In this document: one piece after another, positions 55,661 through 64,000 of the stretch | Layout of the letters: every line of letters starts with the position of its first letter | Position numbering within the stretch: the first letter of the stretch is position 1 | Origin: Perna viridis | Taxonomy: Eukaryota | Direction: 5' to 3' | Assembly (NCBI GenBank): GCA_037379345.1 | Contig: CM074519.1 | Coordinates: 32,018,103-32,082,102, forward strand | DNA length: 64,000 nt | Notes under the pieces: model-generated | Database searches by the model: none | The model's input: the letters and a program-made list of their open reading frames with translations, nothing else | Told to the model about the DNA's origin: nothing | Program-made: the position numbers and the translations under genes

Positions 55661-55739
<79 letters not shown>
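55661..55739. repeat. (TA)n microsatellite
   Basis: ~39 uninterrupted TA units. Confidence 0.98.
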
Positions 55740-55741
<2 letters not shown>

Positions 55742-56085
55742 ATCATGGAAAAAAGTATATTTTTTAATCTTCAAAAATAGACATAGAAGCGAACAAATAA
55801 CGTGTAGTACATAGTAAATTCCACCCATCTCCTTTTTTCTTCCAATGTTATGTTGACTCAGTTTAATATACGAGTTTTTTTTTCTGTATGAAAAATGGAT
55901 GCCGACTCAGAATCAATTTTAAAAGTTCCCTTAATTACACATCAACTAAATTATTACAGATGAAAGAGAGTTATTTCCCTTGATTACGAAGTTTCTAGTA
56001 GTATTTTTTTTATGTAAATATATGAATTCTGCCATTTCAGTAAATCACAAAGAAATTTTTTTCCCGAAAACATAAGTTTGTGGTC

Positions 56086-56462
56086 TTAAGTAGCAGTCTT
56101 TGTAAGAATGATGCAAATTCTCTAATATGTGATACACCTTAAAAAAAGGCTACACATTTTTATTTTTGTTATGAAGTTGTTTTGTGGGTCTATATGATGA
56201 ATGCATTCCAATCTGTCTGCTCTTAGAAGATAAACCACATTGAAAATCCAATAGTTTCTATTGTATTTTAGTGACATTTACAGAGTTATCTCCTCAATTT
56301 TGAATTCTACAGTACATTCTATATAATTTTTATCTAAGAACATGGGTTATATGTTAATTTCTGTTAACTACAACATTTTAAACAAAATATCAAAATTAAA
56401 ATATGTAGGCTTTCCAACCATGAATCACATTTTGCATGATTCTTACATGGAACGCTACTTAA
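56086..56462. mobile_element. TTAA-flanked MITE, copy 2 (partial relatives start at 7589 and 62568)
   Basis: TTAA|GTAGCAGTCTTTGTAAGAATGATGCAAA ... TTTTGCATGATTCTTACATGGAACGCTAC|TTAA; internal similarity to 38319-38724. Confidence 0.8.
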
Positions 56463-57089
56463 ATAGAAGGAAATTATTTGGGAACAAAATAAAACATGTG
56501 CCTCCTACTGACTGGGTCTTTGATGGAAACCTTAACTAAAGAGAAATCCAAGCAGGTCTATTCCTCTTCAAATTATTGCAATCTAGATATTAACGGTTTC
56601 TTTTTCTTTTTAAGATTTTATATTACATGGAGTCAAACATCAGATATAAACACACTCTCATCTAGTTCTCTAAACTAGGATTAAACAAAAATCAAGAGGG
56701 AATTAACAGTTTTGAATAACACTGGGTAAGATGATAAAGAAAGAAACTTGCTATTTCACAGACTATGTAACTTGACGTAACTGTTAAATAAAGTATATCT
56801 AAATTCAATACGGAAGTTTAATTGTAAATGAACTATATGATCACGAAAAAGTCACGTAGAGAAAGAAATGTAATTTACAAATTATTAATCTAGATTTTTC
56901 TGCAAATCATTCCTTGCAGAAATTGAAAGTCATTGCAATTATAATATTTACGTGATCAAATTACCTCGTAATACTTAAAAAAAAAGAGAAATTGGCACTT
57001 TAATATAGCAGATAAAATTAATACAACTTAATAATGCATGTAAACAATCCAGCAATATACTAAATATGTTTAATATCACCAAAAGACGG

Positions 57090-59432
57090 TAAAATTTACA
57101 TTGAATATTTCGGATATCCGATATCCTTCTTCAGCATAAAACTAATAAAGTTCAAGATCAAAACATAGATTCAGAAGCTGAATCACGTACGCTGTGGGTG
57201 ATTGTACTTTTATCAAAGTCACACTTAAGCAAATGATAAGGAATCTGAATGAAAATAACAAAGGAGGTTTTTTTTTTTTTACAAAATTAAGAAATGAATT
57301 AACTGTGGAAAACAGTTAAGAAAAGTCAAAATACAGTAGTACGACGTATTGATGTATAGCATGTAGTGCTGTACCAGCCTTAGACCAAGACCTAAAATGA
57401 ATTATTTTTTCTCGTTTATTCCATCTGGAGAAGTTGTTTGTAATTTTTTCATCCAAAAGCTTTCCGAGACACTCTTTTACATTTTGACCAGTTTTTATTA
57501 TGTTCTATGATCATAACAACAATGTTGTGGAGACCCTCCTGCGTGTGTCCGTCAGATCTCAGAGGGAGGTCTGGTTTGCATTTGTAGTCACTGCGATGAC
57601 CATTCATGCGCCTGTTGAAATGTTGTTCTGTTTCGGCAACGTACTGCATACCACATCGGCAGTAGAGAAGGTATATGTTTTTTTTCGGTTTTGCAAGTCA
57701 CGTCGCAAAAAATGGTAAATTCCTTTCCGGTGCTGTAGCTTTTAAACGTTTTGGTATGCAATATCTGGGTACAGGTCTTACATCTTTTATCTCCACATAG
57801 TCGACACTGGCTGGTGTATTTTTTTTGGGCTGAGATGAAATCTCTGCTCTTACTAGGGCATCTCTTAGACTCCTAGGTCTACGGTATGCCAGGATCGGAT
57901 TCCCAGGAAAGAGCTTGGAGAGCTTAGGATGTTTTTAAATGTCTTCCCAATTCGAATGAAGTAGCTGCGAGAGTTTCCCAAAGGCTGGATGGTAAGTAAG
58001 CACAAACGGATCCCTTTTGTTCTTTTTGTCGGGTTTGTACTCGAGGAGATCATTACGACTGATGTTGTTAGCACGTTCAAATCCTCGATTTATATCTGTT
58101 GATTTGTAGCCACGCGATAACAAATGACCACGGAGTTCATCTAGGCGTTTTTGGTGGTATCGTCAGACGAGCAAATGCGCCGAATTCGAAGTGCCTGGCT
58201 GTATGGTATGCTTTTAGTACAATGTTTTGGATGACAACTATTGGGAGATAAGTATTGGCGACTATCAGTTGGTTTGTTGTGAAGATCCATTGACATTTCC
58301 CGTCTCTTACAGACGTAGTAGTATCCAAAAATGTGATTTAAGTGTCAAAAATTTCATGGGAAAAATTTGACTGATGGATGAGTATTGTTATGTGATAAAA
58401 TTGTACCATTGATTTGGAGGTAGTGTTCGTCGTTGAAAGTTGAAAGTTGCTACACTTCAAAACTAAAGTGAGTAAATTTAGTAGGAGTCAGTAGGGGGGT
58501 CCAAAATATCCTTTGATTCCCAAGCTTCTCTGCAGGCTTCTATACCGTCATCGTGTGGGATATTAGTATAGAGTGAAGTGACATCAAGGGAGACCAGAAA
58601 TGCTTCGGGAGGTAAAGGATTAATTGATTCCATTTCCCTCAGATAGTTCGCGGTGTTTTTTAAATATGACGGGAGCTTTTGAACAAGGGGTCGGAGATTG
58701 TAATCAACAAATTCAGAAATTTTTTCGGTCGGGTGACTATTAGCAGAAACTATGGGCCGTCCAGGGATATTTTTTTTGTGAATTTAGGTAGAAAGTAAAA
58801 ACGTCCGGGTCTTGGATCCTCTGGTTTTGGGTATTCTAACTGTTCGTCAGTAATGCTGCCATCCTTGCACATTTTGTTCAATTTTGAAGTGATTTTTTTC
58901 ACTCAAAGATTTAGTAGGGTCGCTGGATAGCTTTTTATAGAATCTTTCATCCGGAATTGACGCATTGCTTTCTGAGATGTAGTTATTTTTATTCATGACT
59001 ACTATGGCACTGCCTTTGTCTGCTGGTTTTATAACTATATCGTCACGGTTTTTCAACGACTGTATTGCTTTTTTCTCATCGGGCGTGATGTTGAAGAAAG
59101 AGGGTATGTAGTTTTTTATGAGTGTTTGACATCTGATTTTATTTTGTCAATAACATTTTCTAGCGTGCCACATTTATTCGGTTTAGGAGCCCATGGATTT
59201 TTCTTTTTGAATTTTCAAGTGCATAGATCACGGAGTCAGAACTATCAGGGTCAATATCCTGGTCTGCATGTTTATTAGCAAAATGTTCTTTGAGCCTGAG
59301 GGATCTAGCAAATTTGTCTAGATCATCTTCAAGTTGAATTTCGTCTATATTGTTAGGAGTAGGGCAAAAATTCAAACTTTTAGATAAAACCCTGGTTTCA
59401 CTTTCAGATAGAGCAAAAGATGAGAGGTTGAT
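57090..59432 (-). mobile_element. Decayed Penelope-like retroelement (RT plus GIY-YIG; Cys-rich linker suggests Neptune-type)
   Basis: Minus-strand motifs, read across frameshifts: INLSSFALSESETRVLSKSLNFCPTP; IVIKPADKGSAIVVM; [15 protein letters not shown]; [16 protein letters not shown]; FLDT; SCHPKH..SIPYSQALRIRRICS; CGDKRCKTC; IYLLYCRCGMQYVAET..RMNGHR; LQTTSPDGIN. Confidence 0.92.
57103..57134 (-). ncRNA. Minimal hammerhead ribozyme-like core in the PLE 3' terminal region
   Basis: Minus strand reads CTGAAGA-A-GGATAT cgg ATATCC-GAAA-TATTC: intact core boxes, a 6-bp stem II, and palindromic AATATT in place of stem III. Confidence 0.65.
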
Positions 59433-59443
59433 ATATATATATC

Positions 59444-59964
59444 CAACGTCTCAGAATGTGACGACTCTATTCGCTACACTGCTTCATCGGATCATATTGA
59501 TACAGGGAAGATAGGTTAACTTATAGAAGGGTCTGAAATATTCCCAACGATGTTAGAACTGTCAAATTTGCGAGGCAAATGTTTTTGGTCGTTCCCTCCG
59601 CGGGACTCGAACTGATGTGACATCTATGGCAACACCGCCTGCACTAAGTCCAGCGCCCTAGACCACTCAGCCAGCTAGGCTATATAAAAATATAGCTTTC
59701 GCTGGCCGGGTCATTCCTCCTCGTAGAATTAATCTAGGGCTGTAACTTAGTACACGATGTATGGTAGTACGGGACAGTTCATCTAGGTGTTATTATGTAG
59801 GATAGAGGATCAAATTAATGATGCATATCACATCAATTTTTTTTTGGTCGTTCCCTCCGCGGGACTCGAACTCGTACCGCTGTGACATCTATGTTATCTT
59901 CCATGTATCAATTTGATCCGATGGAGCAGTGTAGCGAATAGAGTTGTCACATTCTGAGACGTTG
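59444..59964. mobile_element. Element bounded by 70-bp inverted repeats containing a tRNA-derived segment
   Basis: 59444-59513 versus 59895-59964 match at 66/70. Internal minus-strand A box TGGCTGAGTGG (59663-59673) and B box GTTCGAGTCCC (59602-59612); the B-box half is duplicated at ~59843-59892. Confidence 0.7.
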
Positions 59965-62900
59965 TATAATATTGATTTGTTGTGACATGCATCATTAATT
60001 TGATTAATGCTATATACGTATAACTACTAAGTTATACATATATGAAACCAAACATTTTGATTAGTTTGTATGTAATTTTAACCTTGGTGCACTGAAGACC
60101 TGCCTAAAGTGAACCAATCAGAATCACCCCCATCTGACCTCTCCAATTGGTCATATCTCCGTCTGATCTCTACATTTGGTCCTATCTCCGTCTGACCCCT
60201 ACAAATAGTCCCTATTCCCGTCTGATCTCTACAATAATGCAAAATTTGAAAATGCCATAAAATCACATAGGGTGGTAGTTCAATTCTGTCCATGGAGTGC
60301 TCGTTTACAGTATTTGTTCTCGAGGTACATTTAATTTGTTATTTCAAAACATTTTTACAATCGGGCAATACTTATAACTTGAATCACGCTTCTATAAGTA
60401 AATAAATACAGTACAGATGGATTCTCTGCGAACGAACCTATCGTACTTTACAAGATATAAACTCTTCTATATCTTTGGCCTTTGACTCGGAAGCAAAGAC
60501 ATTCGGTTCGGGATTTTATATACAATCCCCAATACAAGTTTTATCCTTCATTAAGTTGTCCTGCTTGATAATAGATGCGCCTAATGTTAACGTTGTAGCG
60601 TGTAAGAAATGTACATTGCAGAAGCTTTCGATTAATACAGTATGGCTAGATCTCATACTCCTTTTTTCAGTCTACATTTTTATTCATTTTCTCTCTTCGA
60701 TACCTCACAATTTGACTAGGCGACTGCGAATTTGATTGTTTATATCAGCGTGCTTAAATAATGTAGAGTACCGATAGTGGGAAATATAAACTAACGTCAG
60801 GTATGAACTTCAGCATATCAATCGAGCACTTACGCGAGATATATGTTACGATGGAAGGTCGTGGTAATTAAGTTTGTATGCTAAAAATACAAAAACAAGT
60901 GTCCGTGTAAACAAATGTAAACAAAATAGAAGGACTACAGTGTGGCTGCATGGATAATATTACTACGTTTCGTCCGAAACCGTCAGACACCAAGTGATTA
61001 GTCTAGCGTACAAGGTTACATTTTACTAGAAAGCGTGACAAATGTGACTGTTCTGCACGAGCCCTACATTGCGGAAGTGTATATTGAGCATGGTGATCAA
61101 CTTATCACTTCCTGAAAATGAATCGCTGATGACATAAAGATTTTCCTTCTGTTGCCACAGATTCAATATTGATTCAAGGTTATGCGAAAACCTGCAAACT
61201 GATTTTACAAAAAAACGATTTTTATACCATTGATTCTATTGATTCTAATATTTAAAAAAAAAATGTTCGCCTCTTTTTATCAGATTCTTTTTAATATCTA
61301 CTTATTTCTTAACTAAAGAATTCTTAAGTTTGTTAAATTCCCGATTATGACTTTCAGGTTTTTAGTTTCAAATACTGCTTTTTTCTTAATTTTTGGATTG
61401 GAAAATTTTTAAAGAGTTTATCCGAGTTTTTATCGTCTCTCGTAATTCTTTTAAGAATGGCCTTGATATGTTTTTATTGTATTATAATCTATGTTTATTT
61501 TATGTATATATTGATGGTGAGATGTAAGCAATCCATCTATCTGTTCTACTGTTCGTCATTTCTACTTCTTATAGTCGATTCAGTTGATTTGCAGCGAAAA
61601 TTTGGTCAGATGACTATTAAAAATTTTACAAAATGCGGTAATATTTCAACCTATTCTAAACTACAATTTCTCTGTTACTTATATTAGATATTATTGATAT
61701 TTTTAAAAATTACAAAAGTTGTTAACAACTTAAGATCTATTGATTTTCAGAATCGAACTAGCGTCTGTATACATTTGTGGATGTATCTTTGAATAGAATG
61801 GAACCACGAACAAACAATTGGATCTTATATATGGCTATTCATATATCACTGTTCTAACTTCCAAATTTCTCATAGTGATAATGAAATGTAGAAGATTTCT
61901 ACTCAACTTCTCACAGGTTTTGTACATGCTCTAGGCATTAAATGAGGGAGTTGAATTTTTTCATGCTTGAGTGGATTTGTTTACAGTGTAGTACTCAACT
62001 TGTACCATACAGCTGAAGGTGCTGACATATTTATGACTTATTTCTGTTGTTGATGAAACATTTTTAAGAGACACTTCAAAACCGAAGACAATTGTCGGGG
62101 AAAATGGACAGTAAGGTCTTTAATCAATGTAATTATCTATAAAATATCTACATGTATACAAACTATATTTAATTTAGTTTTATTCATTAAATGAAATATA
62201 CAGTATTCCATAATTTCCCTTGTGATTAAGGATGACTATGAAATGTGTTTGAAGGTTTCATCAACTGATTGATTGTCCAGAAAGTTGAATAATTTCATCG
62301 TATTGATTTGTTTTTTTTTATCACAGAATTAGAATAGAGGAAGAAATAGTAGATCTAACAAAGCAAAGACCCCCAATATATAATAAATATATATCAAAAA
62401 CGTCCATGCATGAGTCACAGACCACATGAAATGTTTTATGTATGTTTTTACATTGTCCTAACTACAAACTTTGTGCATAACTTTTAAGTACATTGATAAT
62501 GAAGCACATTTACGTTTTATTTCGTGGTGTCCATTTACCTGTGGCAGCATCTGATAAGTTGTTTAATTAAGTAGCAGTCTATCTAAAAATCAGACAGAAG
62601 GTGATTTATGCATGTCAAAAACACACCTAATTCAGTTTTATTTCTTGTTCAGAGGCAGTTACTGATCACATAACCAGTCTTAGTTTTTCATTTGGTTGTT
62701 GCACTTTTGAGAAAAAAAAAATAGATTGTACGTGAATTTTGCACTTTGCAAGAGTTATCGTTCTTAATTTGGCTAGATTTGGTTGGTTTTAGAGGAAGAT
62801 AAATGATTTTCTAAAAAGTGCTGGTCTGAATACAGAAAATTTTATCGTTATATGAAAGTATAGCATATGTAGACTGAAAAAGCATCGTTTGTTTGGTGGG

Positions 62901-63551
62901 TTTTTCTTCACCATGAATCACTTTAAATTGGCAGTGTCTGAATTTTATATGGAATGGTACATGCACTTAAGGGTTTTCTAATAAAAAATCAGCAGTGTTC
63001 GCTAATATTCTATTCTGTACCTGACTGAATAGTTTTTCCTGTTTGTTTTATGTTCATTCTATAAAGCCACCTCGCCACAAGTGAAAAGTTCTTCTCGAAC
63101 CATCAGGTTCTTGTGGATTGAAATATTGTGACCATTCTGAACCTACAGACAAATATTGTACCTCCATTCCTGATGTTATAACGAGCAACCAAATTAAATT
63201 TACAAATTAGAAATATAGCCTACCTTACTGGTCCAGTTGGTCCATATTACTTTATTTTTGTTGCATTATTTGTCTGTTATTTTTTTTTCAAAAAGCAAGA
63301 TTCAAGTTTAAGCGTAAGGTAACTTTACAAGGAAGACCAGCTTTGAACAGTTATATTAGTTTATTTCTCCACACTGATTCTCCTTTTGGGAAGTTTGTAT
63401 TTATTGTACATGTATGTTATAACTTCTGTATTCATTGTACATGTATGTTATATCCTCTCTATTGTTATGTCTCTCGGTTTAAGAGTTTAAAGTAAAAACT
63501 TTTCTTCTAAAATTTATTTATTTCAGTTGAGCCCTTGACAATTTCAATATA

Positions 63552-63716
63552 CAGGGGCGGATCAGACACTTTGAAATGAAGTGGTACCAGCTGGTGTTCC
63601 TCAGAAAGGAGGGGTACAAGGGCATTATTTGTCATTTTTTGTTAATTTTACACATAAAAATGACAAATAAAAAGTGTAATGCCTACTACCTGCAATTCAC
63701 TCGGGGTCCGAAACTG
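63552..63716 (+). mobile_element. Decayed CAGGGGCGGATC-type MITE with a single internal unit
   Basis: CAGGGGCGGATC ... GGTCCGAAACTG ends; carries one GTTCCTCAGAAAGGAGGGGT unit shared with 26577-26874. Confidence 0.6.
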
Positions 63717-64000
63717 ATATACGAATATTTGTTTTAGTTTCACCTAAGAGATGCATGCCCATTTGGACTCACATGTAGTCTTTGTTCGAGTTTTTACCAA
63801 CTACCCAAAACTGTCATGGTTATTCTGACCTTCAACGAGCAGCACGACGGTTATCGTGACAGGAAGTTGGAACTGTCACACTTCCTGTTCACATAAGTTT
63901 ACTCGCGGTTTGTTTGGTTCGTGCTGTTCGTTTTCGATGCATCCATAATAGTTAAATAATTTTCTGAGTTTTGCGTCTTGTTCGTCGTCTTTGTATTTTT

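Noticed and set aside
59587-59680. Functional tRNA gene
   Set aside because: Has A/B boxes but no proper acceptor stem or downstream T-run terminator; partially duplicated inside a repeat.
60078-60740. Possible coding remnant upstream of the Penelope element
   Set aside because: Multiple stops and no recognisable motif; cannot be assigned without a search.

Overview
AT-rich, intron-containing animal genomic DNA. The SINE/MITE/Penelope repertoire suggests a mollusc, probably a bivalve (inference). Four spliced genes can be rebuilt from GT-AG exon phases. (1) The 3' six coding exons of INO80B (+, 1771-6408). (2) A two-exon, ~436-aa unknown protein (+, 11256-13726). (3) A four-exon secreted coiled-coil plus fibrinogen-domain (angiopoietin-like) gene (-, 47159-34888). 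(4) A two-exon, ~217-aa unknown gene (+, 35667-36694) nested antisense in the last intron of gene 3. Genes 2 and 4 are distant paralogues: they share a C-x-C-Y-P..L-P-S-M-x-Y..C-x-H motif, an R-E-F-x-G-x-Y-x-D motif and an identically placed phase-1 intron. I do not recognise the family. Most of the rest is repeats: two full-length copies of a ~515-bp retroposon with 13-bp TSDs and a pseudoknot-like non-tRNA head, a V-SINE-like element, two decayed Penelope-like elements each followed by a minimal hammerhead core, MITEs, Harbinger- and SAP-type transposon remnants, mini/microsatellites, and a large palindromic/tandem block at ~15.5-23.7 kb. All calls were made by eye; no database searches were run.
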